Shown: positions 1 to 10,770, counted from the stretch's first letter. The stretch is 64,000 bases of DNA from an uncultured Alphaproteobacteria bacterium (GCA_902523135.1 CABYYB010000001.1:69044-133043), one strand, 5' to 3'. The notes: generated by a model not told the origin, from the sequence alone. Made by a program: numbers and translations.

Positions 1-561
1 TTTATTAGACCAAGTTCTATCTTTAACATCTAACCAATAAGTGCCTGCTGCGTCTGACAAATCACTAAAAAACTCTCCCGTTAAATAAAACCTTAAATAA
101 TCTTTCGGCAATAAAACCTTTGCAATTGATTTAAAATTTTCACTTTCGTGTTCTTTCATCCATAAGATTTTTGGAGATGTAAAACCAGGCATTGCTATAT
201 TTCCAGCTATATCCATAACAGTTTCGTCAGCCATAATTTGACTGCACTGCTTAAAACTACGTGTATCATTCCAAAGTATACATGGCCTTATGACCTTATA
301 ATTTTTATCAATACAAGTTGCACCATGCATATGTCCGGAAAAAGATACAGCTTTGATCTGCGATAAATCAAATTTTGAAACAATTTGTTTGATACACTGA
401 TCTAACGCTTTTATCCAAAATGATGGATCTTGTTCTGACCAGCCATTTTGAGGCGTGGACAGTGGTATATCTTCACTAATAACACTCAACAAAATTTCTT
501 GTTCTTCTCCAAGTATCAAACACTTCATCGAAGAAGTACCAAGATCAATACCTAAATACAT
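1..561 (-). CDS. xylB: Xylulokinase / FGGY carbohydrate kinase, N-terminal part (runs off the window edge)
   Basis: Manual translation from ATG at 561: MYLGIDLGTSSMKC...GWSEQDP...SFSGHMHG...RPCILWNDTR...GNIAMPGFTSPKILW, which are FGGY/XylB motifs. Confidence 0.85.
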   Translation of the reverse strand, partial: MYLGIDLGTSSMKCLILGEEQEILLSVISEDIPLSTPQNGWSEQDPSFWIKALDQCIKQIVSKFDLSQIKAVSFSGHMHGATCIDKNYKVIRPCILWNDTRSFKQCSQIMADETVMDIAGNIAMPGFTSPKILWMKEHESENFKSIAKVLLPKDYLRFYLTGEFFSDLSDAAGTYWLDVKDRTWSNK

Positions 562-621
562 TTTTATATTATACAGAGAATAAAACTATTTTCTATTTTT
601 AGAATTGAGTATAATCAAATC

Positions 622-1614
622 ATGAATAAGTCTTTAGATAAAAAAATTCTTAAAATAAAAAATAATAAATATTCTCCAAGAGACTTCATTATAGCAGATG
701 CTAAAGATGGCGATCTAGCAATGGGCATCACAACACCTGGATCAAAAAGAAATGAAAATGGAAAAGTACTAAAAGGATATAAAAACCTAGTAGATTACAA
801 AAATGCAATGATATCGATGACTAAATCTAGTTTAGTAGATATTATGCTGATGTCTGCATCAGTTGGTGAAGAACTTGTAAAAAGAAATTTATTTAAAAAT
901 TCGACTATTACACCTGCTATTAGAATGAATGATACGACTGATATCTGGCTGATGAGAAATGGAAATTATAGAAAAACTAATCCCAGACCTTTTCGGTCTG
1001 CTCAAATAAACAAAGTAAGTAAATTAGTTAACCTTGGTTTATTTTCTATAACATTTTCAAATAATGTTGACTATGACCTTGCAATGTTAAATGCCTACAA
1101 AGAATATAGAATTGAGGCTTCTAAATATAAATTTAAACATTTTTTAGAAGTATTTAATTCCCCGATTGATCTAAATATGAACATAAGACAAATGGGTGAT
1201 TACATTAACGATTGCATTATAAAAGCAATAGCTGGGCAGACTAAAGATGAGAGACCTCTTTTTTTGAAAATAGCTTACAATGGTCCAAAAGCAATGGAGG
1301 AACTAGCCAGCTTCGATCCTGAAAATCTTATTGTTGGTATTCTTGGTGGTAGCAAGGGCACGACAAGAGATTGTTTTGAATTAATTAAAAAAGCCAGTCA
1401 ATATGGCGCAAAAGTAGCTTTGTTTGGGAGAAAAATTAACTTAGCTGAAGATCCTATCTTATTAGTAAAAATTATGAGAGAAGTTGTTGAAAGTAACATT
1501 AAACCTAAGGATGCTGTAAAACTTTACCATTCTGAATTAAAGAAAAATAAACTCATACCCGACAGGAAACTTTTAAAAGACCTTGAGATAACTGAAAAAG
1601 TTTTAAAATTATAA
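622..1614 (+). CDS. Uncharacterised TIM-barrel protein, class I aldolase-like
   Basis: 330-aa ORF. FLKIAYNG carries a candidate Schiff-base Lys, followed by VGILGG and ALFGRKI, resembling the DhnA-type aldolase C-terminus. Sits in a sugar cluster. Confidence 0.55.
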   Translation: MNKSLDKKILKIKNNKYSPRDFIIADAKDGDLAMGITTPGSKRNENGKVLKGYKNLVDYKNAMISMTKSSLVDIMLMSASVGEELVKRNLFKNSTITPAIRMNDTTDIWLMRNGNYRKTNPRPFRSAQINKVSKLVNLGLFSITFSNNVDYDLAMLNAYKEYRIEASKYKFKHFLEVFNSPIDLNMNIRQMGDYINDCIIKAIAGQTKDERPLFLKIAYNGPKAMEELASFDPENLIVGILGGSKGTTRDCFELIKKASQYGAKVALFGRKINLAEDPILLVKIMREVVESNIKPKDAVKLYHSELKKNKLIPDRKLLKDLEITEKVLKL

Positions 1615-2586
1615 TTTAGATATATTGGGTAAATTTCCAGAAGAGGCATTAACTTTCATCATAGATGTCCCAGCTGCATGAGCCTTTTTGAGAGTTTTTT
1701 TTATGTCCCAATTTTCATGTATTCCAAATATAAACGCTGCACAAAAAGCATCTCCAGCTCCAACTGAATTTATTACCCTACTTATTGGTAAAACCTTTGA
1801 TTTAGTGTAAATTTTTTTTGATCTATCAAAATAGAGCGACTCAATTGGACTATGAATAACAACCCCTCTAATAATACCCTTTTTGAAAACTTTACTGATT
1901 AACTTGATTAAGATTTTTTGATTAAGTTTTTTATTGAAGTCGTAAATTTTTTTATTAAATAGTATCTCTGCTTCAATTTCATTCAAAAGCAAATAATCGG
2001 TGAATGGCAATGAGCTTTCAATAATATTTTTATATTTAGGGTGCTTATTTGAAACTAAATCTAAAACTGTTATCACATTTTTACTTTTAGCTTTTTTTAA
2101 AACTTTTGATAAACGAGTTTTTTTGTCAACATCAAATTTATCCAATTTACCTAATAGTGTAATATATCCGACATAAAGAACTTTAGGTAAAATTTTTAAA
2201 TGGTTAATTTTAAAATGTTTTTTATCAAGTAAGCTGTTTGCCCCTGGATAATATAAAAAAGTTCTTTCTTTTTGTTTTTCAAACATACAAACGGTATGAG
2301 AAGTAGAAATTTGCTTTGATACAATTAAATATTTAGTCTCTATTTTATTTTCTCTACAATGTTTTTTTATAATTGATGCATCTGTATCAAGTCCAATTGA
2401 TCCCATTGCGTACATTGGATGTTTAAATCCTAAAGAATTTAAATCTGTTAAAACATTTGATGGACCTCCACCTACGCATTGAAAAGTATTCGAAATTGGT
2501 TCTAATTTACCTCTCTCAGGTAAATTATCTATTTTGTACGTGGTATCTACACACCACATTCCAAGGCCAATTATACCTCTTTGCAT
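1609..2586 (-). CDS. PfkB-family carbohydrate kinase
   Basis: GGGPSN, NEIEA and NSVGAGDAF PfkB signatures. Confidence 0.9.
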   Translation of the reverse strand: MQRGIIGLGMWCVDTTYKIDNLPERGKLEPISNTFQCVGGGPSNVLTDLNSLGFKHPMYAMGSIGLDTDASIIKKHCRENKIETKYLIVSKQISTSHTVCMFEKQKERTFLYYPGANSLLDKKHFKINHLKILPKVLYVGYITLLGKLDKFDVDKKTRLSKVLKKAKSKNVITVLDLVSNKHPKYKNIIESSLPFTDYLLLNEIEAEILFNKKIYDFNKKLNQKILIKLISKVFKKGIIRGVVIHSPIESLYFDRSKKIYTKSKVLPISRVINSVGAGDAFCAAFIFGIHENWDIKKTLKKAHAAGTSMMKVNASSGNLPNISKL

Positions 2587-3251
2587 TATATTTCATTCCA
2601 GAGAGGATGTATCGCAACTTCATCTTCTTCAATTTCAGTAAACCTTCCTACACTCTCTAAAAAATAGTTATCTTTATTATCATCGTTGACTTGAGAAACC
2701 TCTCCTGCCATAACCATTCCTGAACCATCAGCTGAGTAAAATTTATGATATATGTTTCTTTCAACAGTGACGCTCTGACCTCTTTTTAAAATTAAGGGTT
2801 CTCTTGGTGCAACGGAAACTATTTCACCATCAACAAGAACATCAATTTTTGAGTTTAATTCAATTTGATTTGAGTCGACTTCTAAAAATTCAATTACTAA
2901 TTCCCCGCCTCCCCGATTAATTATATCTTCCAGTTTTACCTTATGGCTATGAAAAGGAATTTCTTGGCCCTCTCTCATAAATAATAACTTTTCTGCATAA
3001 GGTTTGTCATCGTTATTACCCTGTATTCCATTCCTTATACAAAACAAGGTGATACCTTTTTTTTCAAATTCGCCTTTACCAAAGTCAGTAACATCCCAGC
3101 CCATTTGATGATTTTTTAAATAATTTTTTAAGTTAGGATTATTGTTATACTCTTCTTTAGACCAATAGCCCCATTTAGGTAGAACCCACGAATATCTATT
3201 GATCATATCTTTAGCTTCAGATATCGCAGCATTTATTTCAGATCTTTTCAT
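2586..3251 (-). CDS. D-lyxose/D-mannose family sugar isomerase (cupin)
   Basis: MKRSEIN...GWDVTDFG...YAEK...PFHSHKVKLEDIINRGGG...GEVSQVNDD...DNYF family motifs. Confidence 0.9.
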   Translation of the reverse strand: MKRSEINAAISEAKDMINRYSWVLPKWGYWSKEEYNNNPNLKNYLKNHQMGWDVTDFGKGEFEKKGITLFCIRNGIQGNNDDKPYAEKLLFMREGQEIPFHSHKVKLEDIINRGGGELVIEFLEVDSNQIELNSKIDVLVDGEIVSVAPREPLILKRGQSVTVERNIYHKFYSADGSGMVMAGEVSQVNDDNKDNYFLESVGRFTEIEEDEVAIHPLWNEI

Positions 3252-3297
3252 TTCAACTTAGATTATCAAAAAAATAAATAATTGATATAATCAAGTA

Positions 3298-4314
3298 ATG
3301 AAAACAATAATTGTTGATCCTTTTCCAAGACAAATGGATCTTATTTTCTCTAAAGATAAGCTTGTTTATTTAAAAAAAAATTTCAAACTTATTAACGCTC
3401 CAATAAAAAATAAAAAAAATTTTTATCAAAACAATATATCAAAAGCAGATTTTATAATTGGACAACCTGACCTTCCAAATTCAATTTTAAAAAAGGCAGC
3501 AAAACTTAAAGCTATATTCAATGTTGAGAGCAACTTCATGGACAATATGGATTATGAGTATTGTTTTAGAAATGGTATCTATGTTCTCTCCACTGCTCCT
3601 GTTTTTGCTCAAACAGTTGCTGAAATTGCAGTTGGTTTTACTTTATCTCTCAAGAGGGAAATTCATCAATCACATATAGATTTTATTAATAATAAAGAAA
3701 AATATGGATTGGAAAGTAATATGAATTCTAGTTTATTACAGAATAACACTGTCAGTTTTATTGGTTTTGGAGATCTGGCCAAAAAGTTAAAACCCTTGTT
3801 AGAGCCTTTCACAAATAATTTTCTTGCATACGACCCTTGGCTTCCAAGCAAGTTGCTTGAGGATAATAATTGTAAAATTAATTCTCTTAGTGAAATATTT
3901 AAAAAATCAGATGTGATATATGTTCTTAGTTCTATCACAACAAAAAACAAACATATGATTGATAAAAAGCTACTGAATCTGATGAAACAAAATTCTTGTT
4001 TACTAATTCTAAGTAGGGCTAATGTAGTGAATTTTAAAGACCTACTAAAAATTTCAAAAAAAAGAAAAATAAAAGTTGCAACAGATGTATTTCCTGAGGA
4101 GCCAGTAAAAAGAAATGATCCCATACGTAAATCTAAAAATATTCTTTTCTCAGCACACAGAGCGGGAGCTCTAGAGTCTGTCTTTTATGAAATGGGCGAA
4201 ATAGTGTTTGAAGATTTAAAATTAATAAATAAAGGCCTCCCTCCAAAGTTATGTAGAAAAGCAGAGCTAGAGACTGTCGGAAAACTAAGATCCAAACCAG
4301 TAAAGATTAATTAA
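3298..4314 (+). CDS. D-isomer-specific 2-hydroxyacid dehydrogenase
   Basis: IGFGDLA Rossmann motif, YDPW, SRA, DVFPEEP and SAHRAG catalytic R/E/H. Confidence 0.85.
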   Translation: MKTIIVDPFPRQMDLIFSKDKLVYLKKNFKLINAPIKNKKNFYQNNISKADFIIGQPDLPNSILKKAAKLKAIFNVESNFMDNMDYEYCFRNGIYVLSTAPVFAQTVAEIAVGFTLSLKREIHQSHIDFINNKEKYGLESNMNSSLLQNNTVSFIGFGDLAKKLKPLLEPFTNNFLAYDPWLPSKLLEDNNCKINSLSEIFKKSDVIYVLSSITTKNKHMIDKKLLNLMKQNSCLLILSRANVVNFKDLLKISKKRKIKVATDVFPEEPVKRNDPIRKSKNILFSAHRAGALESVFYEMGEIVFEDLKLINKGLPPKLCRKAELETVGKLRSKPVKIN

Positions 4315-4353
4315 TTAAGTTGAATTTAACGAATTAATTTAGTTCTATGTTAT

Positions 4354-4812
4354 ATGCTTATTAAAATTGATCCTATTCTTAGTCCAGAGGTTTTGCATAC
4401 TTTAAGAGCGATGGGACATGGAGATAAATTAATTTTATGTGACTCAAATTTTCCCGCCTATTCGATGAACTCCAAAGTTCATCGTATTGATGGTGTAAAT
4501 GCTGCAAGAGCTGCCGAGGCTATACTCTCCGTATTTCCTCTAGATAGCTTTGTCGACTCTCCTATTCAAAGGATGGAAATTGATGGAAATCCAGATCAAT
4601 TAAATGAAGTTCATCAAGAAATAATTGACATAACTAAGAAAATCTCAGGAGAGCATTGGAAAATTTCATCTATTGAAAGGTTTAAATTTTATGATGAGGC
4701 CAAAAAGGCATTTGCCATAATAACAACAAACGAAACCAGACCATTTGGATGCTTTATCTTAACTAAAGGAGTTGTTAAACCTGATGGTACTGTTTGGGTA
4801 CTAGATAAGTGA
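4354..4812 (+). CDS. RbsD/FucU-family sugar mutarotase
   Basis: MGHGDKLILCDSNFP, ERFKFYDEAK and ILTKGVV motifs. Confidence 0.9.
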   Translation: MLIKIDPILSPEVLHTLRAMGHGDKLILCDSNFPAYSMNSKVHRIDGVNAARAAEAILSVFPLDSFVDSPIQRMEIDGNPDQLNEVHQEIIDITKKISGEHWKISSIERFKFYDEAKKAFAIITTNETRPFGCFILTKGVVKPDGTVWVLDK

Positions 4813-5714
4813 GTATTTGTGTATTTGGGATATTCGTTGCAGATCTGTGTTTTTTTGCAAATGATATTCCAGTACCAGGTCAAACCATATTAGGAAAAAA
4901 ATACATCATCGGACCAGGTGGTAAAGGGTCTAACCAAGCAATAGCAGCAGCAAGAGCTGGAGGTAATGTATCATTTATAAGTAAAGTAGGTAAAGATAGC
5001 TATGCCGATCTTGCAATCTCTTTATACGAGAGAGATCAAATAAATTATGATGGTTTGGTTATCTCTGAAAATGAATCAACTGGGGCTGCAGGTATATTGA
5101 TTAATGAAAAAACTGGGCAAAATGCAATAAATGTTGTTCCAGGAGCTGCTGGTACAATCGATGAAAAGTTAATCGACTCAAAGTTAAATATAATTGAGTC
5201 TTCTGATGTTTTTTTAACTCAGTTAGAGACACCAAAAAAGGTAACAATCTATGCTCTAAAAAAAGCGAAAAATTTTAATTGTACAACAATTCTAAATCCT
5301 GCACCCGCCAGTGAAATAACTGATGATAACTTTCAATATTTTGATTTTTTTACCCCCAATGAAACGGAAGCAAGTTTTTATTACGGCCAATCAATTAAAA
5401 ATGAGGAAGACTGTAAAAAAGCAGGAAATTTTTTTTTAGATAAAGGGATAAAGAATATAATTATTACACTTGGAGAAAATGGTTGTTATTTTAAAAACAA
5501 TAAAGAGGAGTTTATGGTACCTGCTTCAAATCTAAAAAAACCAGTAGTTGACACAACAGGTGCGGGAGATGCTTTTAATGGAGCTTTAAGTGTGGCAATC
5601 TCACAAAATAAAAACTTCAAAGAAGCTATTGAGTTTGCTAATCTTGTAGCAGGTGTTTCTGTTACAAGAGAGGGAGCAGCAAATTCAATGCCATACAAAG
5701 AGGACTTACTTTAA
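4809..5714 (+). CDS. rbsK: Ribokinase
   Basis: GPGGKGSNQAIAAAR, LNPAPA, PNETEA and DTTGAGDAF. Confidence 0.85.
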   Translation: MSICVFGIFVADLCFFANDIPVPGQTILGKKYIIGPGGKGSNQAIAAARAGGNVSFISKVGKDSYADLAISLYERDQINYDGLVISENESTGAAGILINEKTGQNAINVVPGAAGTIDEKLIDSKLNIIESSDVFLTQLETPKKVTIYALKKAKNFNCTTILNPAPASEITDDNFQYFDFFTPNETEASFYYGQSIKNEEDCKKAGNFFLDKGIKNIIITLGENGCYFKNNKEEFMVPASNLKKPVVDTTGAGDAFNGALSVAISQNKNFKEAIEFANLVAGVSVTREGAANSMPYKEDLL

Positions 5715-5716
5715 AA

Positions 5717-6742
5717 ATGCCTTATATTTCAAACAGAAATCGTTATCAAAAAATGCAATATAGAAAGTGTGGTGATAGTGGTTTAAAGCTACCTGTCTTA
5801 TCGATAGGGTTATGGCATAACTTTGGTGGCAATGGAATGGCTTCAGAGTCTAAAAAAATCCTTTTTGAGTCTTTTGATGCAGGAATAACACATTTTGATT
5901 TAGCAAATAATTATGGACCACCTTATGGCAGTGCTGAGTCTAACTTTGGAAAAGTCATGAAAAGTGATCTTGGAAAATACCGTGATGAGTTAATTATATC
6001 ATCTAAAGCAGGTTACGATATGTGGGATGGGCCATATGGTGAATGGGGTTCAAAAAAACATGTAGTTGCTAGTTGTGATCAAAGTTTAAAAAGGATGAAA
6101 CTAGATTATGTAGACATTTTTTATTCTCATCGTTTTGATCCAAATACACCTCTTGAGGAGACAGCTGATGCTTTAGAAAGTATCTATAAAGCTGGTAAGG
6201 CCTTATATATTGGTGTCTCCTCTTACTCCTCCAATAAGACAAATAAAATGATTTCAATTTTAAAGAGCAAAGGTATCAAACTGTTAATTCATCAACCCTC
6301 ATATTCATTAATCAATAGATGGATTGAAAAAGATTTAACAAAAACTCTTATAAAAAAAGGAGTTGGTTGTATTGCCTTTTCCCCACTAGCCCAAGGTTTT
6401 TTATCTAATAAATATTTGAAGGGAATTCCAAAAGGTTCAAGGGTTAGTGAAAATAGCTCTTTTAGCAAAGATTTAATAACAAAAAAAAATACTAAAATTA
6501 TTAATGACCTTAACAAATTAGCTCAAAAAAGAGGGCAGAACTTATCTCAAATGGCTTTAGCTTGGGTTTTAAATAATAAAGCAATCACCTCAGCATTGAT
6601 TGGTGTACGGACTGTTAGTCAGCTTCGGGATTGTCTTGCGTCTCTTGATAACTTGAAATTTGATAAAGAAGAATTAAAAAGAATTAATCAAAAAGCAAAA
6701 GATGGGCAAATCAATATCTGGGCACCATCAAGTTCTTATTAA
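5717..6742 (+). CDS. Aldo-keto reductase, L-glyceraldehyde-3-phosphate reductase (YghZ/Gpr) type
   Basis: GLWHNFG, THFDLANNYGPPYGSAE, SKAGYDMW and DYVDIFYSHRFD. Confidence 0.9.
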   Translation: MPYISNRNRYQKMQYRKCGDSGLKLPVLSIGLWHNFGGNGMASESKKILFESFDAGITHFDLANNYGPPYGSAESNFGKVMKSDLGKYRDELIISSKAGYDMWDGPYGEWGSKKHVVASCDQSLKRMKLDYVDIFYSHRFDPNTPLEETADALESIYKAGKALYIGVSSYSSNKTNKMISILKSKGIKLLIHQPSYSLINRWIEKDLTKTLIKKGVGCIAFSPLAQGFLSNKYLKGIPKGSRVSENSSFSKDLITKKNTKIINDLNKLAQKRGQNLSQMALAWVLNNKAITSALIGVRTVSQLRDCLASLDNLKFDKEELKRINQKAKDGQINIWAPSSSY

Positions 6743-6786
6743 TATAAATAATATTTTGAATATAGTTAATTTAGCAATAGTTGGTA

Positions 6787-7641
6787 ATGAATGATCAGCA
6801 TTTAAAAATTATTCAAGTTAGTGACCTACATTTTTTAAAAGAAGGTGAAACAATGTATGGCGCGAGTCCGGTAATTAGATTTAGGGCTTTTGTGAATGAT
6901 GTTAATAAAAACCATAAAAATGCTGATTTAGTTGTAATAACAGGAGACATTGCCCATAATGGCATTAAAGAAAGTTATCAACTGTTCAAAGAGGAATTGA
7001 AGAGACTTGACTTACCTTCGGTAATTATGATTGGAAATCATGATAATCGTGAGGTAGTTAAAGCAGAACTATCAAGTGTGACTAAAATTGATGATAATGG
7101 ATTTATTCAATCCTCAATAGAAATCAAAAATCATAAATTAATATTTTGTGACACAGTGTGGGAAAATAAAAATATTAATAACATTCATGAAGGTTATTAC
7201 TGTTTGAATAGATTAAGTTGGCTAGAAAAAGAGATTTTGTCTTATCGGTCGAATTCGAATTTAATTTTTATGCATCATAATCCAATGAATGTTTTTATGA
7301 AGTCAATGGATAACTATTCTTTTAATGATAAAGACCAAGAAATTATTGCTAAATTCTTAGACAAATACGCGCCTAAAATTAAATATTTATTTTTTGGTCA
7401 TGGCCATAGACCATTAAGTGGGAAATGGAAAAACGTACCTTACGCTAGCTTGAGGGGATTGTTACATGCAAGAGAGTTAGACTTTGATAGTGATGTTGAA
7501 AATTTTAAAATGGAAGAGCCAAGTTATGGTATAATCTTTGTTAATGAAAATAATTTAACTTTCCACATTCATGATTTCATGAATAAGGGGAAAATTTATG
7601 AAGGTGATGAAAATTATTTAGGTTTTCCAGACATAGATTAA
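6787..7641 (+). CDS. Calcineurin-like metallophosphoesterase (CpdA/GpdQ-like phosphodiesterase)
   Basis: SDLH, TGD, GNHD, MHH and GHGH metal motifs; ATG at 6787 preferred over TTG at 6781. Confidence 0.85.
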   Translation: MNDQHLKIIQVSDLHFLKEGETMYGASPVIRFRAFVNDVNKNHKNADLVVITGDIAHNGIKESYQLFKEELKRLDLPSVIMIGNHDNREVVKAELSSVTKIDDNGFIQSSIEIKNHKLIFCDTVWENKNINNIHEGYYCLNRLSWLEKEILSYRSNSNLIFMHHNPMNVFMKSMDNYSFNDKDQEIIAKFLDKYAPKIKYLFFGHGHRPLSGKWKNVPYASLRGLLHARELDFDSDVENFKMEEPSYGIIFVNENNLTFHIHDFMNKGKIYEGDENYLGFPDID

Positions 7642-7642
7642 G

Positions 7643-9076
7643 TTAGCCTCTTCCTCTACTCCCATGTTTTAAATAAACGTTTTTTGCAAGTATTTTATGC
7701 TCTTGTGATTTGCGAATATCAAAAATTTTTTTTCTAGCATACTGAGCAGTTTCTTTAACATTAATTATTTCTTTTTGAGACTCATTATCGAACAAATTTA
7801 CGTTCAAACTTTTTTTTGGCGGATTGTGAAAAAAAGCAGGTGGGAAATTTTTTACTTCAGGAATTTGTGACTTAATAAATTTAGCGAGTGGATCTTGATC
7901 CATAGCTTGCTTATAAGGGTTGTACATCCTAATAGTATTGATACCAGTTGTCCCAGACTGCATTTGTATTTGACTGTAATGAATTCCAGGTTCAAAGTCT
8001 GTAAACAATGCTGCCAAACGTGGAGCAAAATATCTCCAATCAAGCCATAAATTATAAGAAGCAAATGAAGCTAACATTGCTCTCATTCTAAAATTAATCC
8101 ATCCATAATTTCTTAGATAAATCATACACGCATCAATAAAATGAACTCCAGTCTTGCCTTCAATCCAAGCCTCTAATTTCTCTTCATCTTTATCACGTAT
8201 TTGATCATACACAGGAATAAAGCTTGTATGTTCAATTGATGGCTGATCCTCTAATTTTTGAATAAAATGCGATCTCCAATGTAACCTAGATAAAAATGAA
8301 TTTATAGATTTAGCAAAATTTTTATTGGTATGCTTTATATGATCTCTTTTTTTTGTAGCCTCTTGAAAAACTGCGCGGTGTGAAATTGTTCCGTAGGTTA
8401 AATGAGTTGATAATCTTGAGCAACTTTTTTCAGCAGTTATTGGGCTAGACATCTCAAATTGATAATTTTCACCTCTTTTATTCAAAAAAGACTGAAGTAA
8501 TTTTTCTGCTTCAACAGATCCACCCTTTTGCCTATATGGACATGGCGTTGAATCATAAAAAAATTTTGGTAATTCATGGTTTGTTAATTCTAAATTAACT
8601 GATTGTTTTATGATGGGAAAATTGGGATTTTTAATAATCTCGTTTCTAAAATTTTTAGCCCATAGGTTTCTATCATGTTGCCCTCTTTTAACGCCTGGGT
8701 AAGAGCACTCAATCCAGTCAATTTTATTTTGAAAAAAAAAATTTTTTAAATTTTTATCTCTTTGGTAAGTCCATTGAATACCTGTTTCTTGTTCGCTAAT
8801 TACGCTTGAAAAGCTATGTTTATCTTTTAAAAACTTGAATATTTCTAATGCATCACCAAAAAAGATATTTAAATGTAAATTATTTCTGAGTAATTGTCGT
8901 TTAAGCTCAATTACACTCTCTAATGTAAATTGCCACTGCCTTAATGACATATCTTTTTGCTTCCACAGCTCAGGTTCAATTATGTAAATTAGTATAGATC
9001 TTTTATTTTCATCAATAAGAATTTCATTGTCTTTGTATCTTAAATTCTTCTTAAACCAGACGATCCTATTTGACAT
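7643..9076 (-). CDS. Cryptochrome/DNA photolyase family protein
   Basis: VWFKKNLR.DN N-terminus, SRLSTHLTYG, WINFRMRAML and DFEPGIHYSQ FAD-binding motifs. Confidence 0.9.
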   Translation of the reverse strand: MSNRIVWFKKNLRYKDNEILIDENKRSILIYIIEPELWKQKDMSLRQWQFTLESVIELKRQLLRNNLHLNIFFGDALEIFKFLKDKHSFSSVISEQETGIQWTYQRDKNLKNFFFQNKIDWIECSYPGVKRGQHDRNLWAKNFRNEIIKNPNFPIIKQSVNLELTNHELPKFFYDSTPCPYRQKGGSVEAEKLLQSFLNKRGENYQFEMSSPITAEKSCSRLSTHLTYGTISHRAVFQEATKKRDHIKHTNKNFAKSINSFLSRLHWRSHFIQKLEDQPSIEHTSFIPVYDQIRDKDEEKLEAWIEGKTGVHFIDACMIYLRNYGWINFRMRAMLASFASYNLWLDWRYFAPRLAALFTDFEPGIHYSQIQMQSGTTGINTIRMYNPYKQAMDQDPLAKFIKSQIPEVKNFPPAFFHNPPKKSLNVNLFDNESQKEIINVKETAQYARKKIFDIRKSQEHKILAKNVYLKHGSRGRG

Positions 9077-9082
9077 CTGTTT

Positions 9083-9844
9083 CTAATCTTTAATTTTGAA
9101 GCCTTTTGAAAAAATGTAAATAATTGCAGAAATATTTAAAATTAAAAATGTAAATATCATAATCAAACTTGTTGTAATACTTACATCAGCCATTTCATAA
9201 AAGCTCCATCGAAAACCACTTACTAAATAAAGAACTGGATTTACCAAAGAAACGTTTTGCCAAAACTCTGGTAACCAATTTATTGAATATAGCGATCCAC
9301 CAAGAAATACGAGTGGAGATAAAATTAGTGTTGGAAATATTGATAGCTCCTCCCAATTTGATGACAACATCCCTATAAGAAAACCAAGTAAGCTAAAAGT
9401 TAAAGATGTTAAAACGAGCATTAAAATCATTGTAAAAGGGTGCATAATATATATTTCAACAAAAAATAACCCTGTTGCTAATATTAAACTTCCTAAAATT
9501 ATTGATTTTGTGGTAGCAGCACCAACAAATCCAATAACAATCTCTGTTGTTGATAGTGGGGCAGCATATATTTCATTTATAGTTCCAAGAAACTTTGGAA
9601 AAAAAATACCTGATGAAGCGTTTGAAACACTTTGTGTAAGTAAAGCTAACATTATCATACCAGGCACTATGAAAGAACCATAAGAGATATCTTCTATCAC
9701 AGGGATGCGACTCCCTATTGCGGCACCGAAGACAACAAAATAAAGAGAGGATGATATAACAGGAGAAAATATACTTTGAACAGTTGTTCTTCTCATTCGA
9801 TCCATCTCATGCAAGTAAATTGCCATTATGCCTGTCCAGTTCAT
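9083..9844 (-). CDS. ABC-2 type permease (YadH-like)
   Basis: Six hydrophobic segments, FIVPGMIM, FLGG..YS, NPVLYLVSGFRW; coupled to the ABC ATPase. Confidence 0.9.
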   Translation of the reverse strand: MNWTGIMAIYLHEMDRMRRTTVQSIFSPVISSSLYFVVFGAAIGSRIPVIEDISYGSFIVPGMIMLALLTQSVSNASSGIFFPKFLGTINEIYAAPLSTTEIVIGFVGAATTKSIILGSLILATGLFFVEIYIMHPFTMILMLVLTSLTFSLLGFLIGMLSSNWEELSIFPTLILSPLVFLGGSLYSINWLPEFWQNVSLVNPVLYLVSGFRWSFYEMADVSITTSLIMIFTFLILNISAIIYIFSKGFKIKD

Positions 9845-10770
9845 ACACTCTCCTCCAAAAGTTTTTCAAATATCGTCTCTAGAGATGTCTGGGAGGAATT
9901 TAAATCTTTTAATTTTAGACCTGCCGACTTTATGTCTTGAAGAAGTGCGGTAATACCAGTCGAAGATCCGTGGGAGTCATATGAATATGTTAAAGAGTTA
10001 TTACTATTCATTTTTAATTTATACGACTCTAAAGTAGATGGGATTTGACTAAAAGGCTCTTGAAATTCTATAGTTAAATTCTTTTGGCCCATTTTTCGCA
10101 TTAAATCATTCTTATTATCAGTAATTATGATTTCGCCATTATTGATTACAGATACTCGATCAGAAATAGCCTCAGCTTCTTCAATATAATGAGTTGTAAG
10201 GATGATTGTCACACCATTTTCTTTGAGTTCTTTCACTGCTCTCCACATATCTCTTCGCAAATTAATATCAACACCTGCAGTAGGCTCGTCTAGAAAAAGT
10301 ATTTTTGGTTCATGACTCAATGCTTTTGCAATTAATGCTCTTTTCTTCATACCACCAGAAAGCTCACGAAGCTTACTATCCTTTTTATCCCAAAGACTAA
10401 GATCTTTAAGAATTTTTTCTATGTATGCAGGATCTTTTTTCTTACCATATAGGCCTCTAGTGTAAGAGACATTTTGAAAAACTTTTTCAAAGGCTTCTAA
10501 ATGGAGTTCTTGGGGCACAAGACCAATCATCGATCGAGTTTTTCGGTAATCTTTAACAACATCATATCCATCAACTGAAATTGTTCCTGATGTAGGCAAA
10601 ACTATCCCACATATGGCATTTATGAGTGTTGTTTTTCCAGCACCATTTGGACCAAGAAGTGCAAGAATTTCACCTCTTTGAATTTCTAAATTAACCCCTT
10701 TAAGGGCTTCTAAACCTCCTTGAAAAGTTTTTTTTAGATTATCAATTTTAATTAAGATATCTGCTGACAT
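9841..10770 (-). CDS. ABC transporter ATP-binding protein (YadG-like)
   Basis: GPNGAGKTT, LSGGMK, LDEPTAGVD and TTHY. Confidence 0.92.
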   Translation of the reverse strand: MSADILIKIDNLKKTFQGGLEALKGVNLEIQRGEILALLGPNGAGKTTLINAICGIVLPTSGTISVDGYDVVKDYRKTRSMIGLVPQELHLEAFEKVFQNVSYTRGLYGKKKDPAYIEKILKDLSLWDKKDSKLRELSGGMKKRALIAKALSHEPKILFLDEPTAGVDINLRRDMWRAVKELKENGVTIILTTHYIEEAEAISDRVSVINNGEIIITDNKNDLMRKMGQKNLTIEFQEPFSQIPSTLESYKLKMNSNNSLTYSYDSHGSSTGITALLQDIKSAGLKLKDLNSSQTSLETIFEKLLEESV

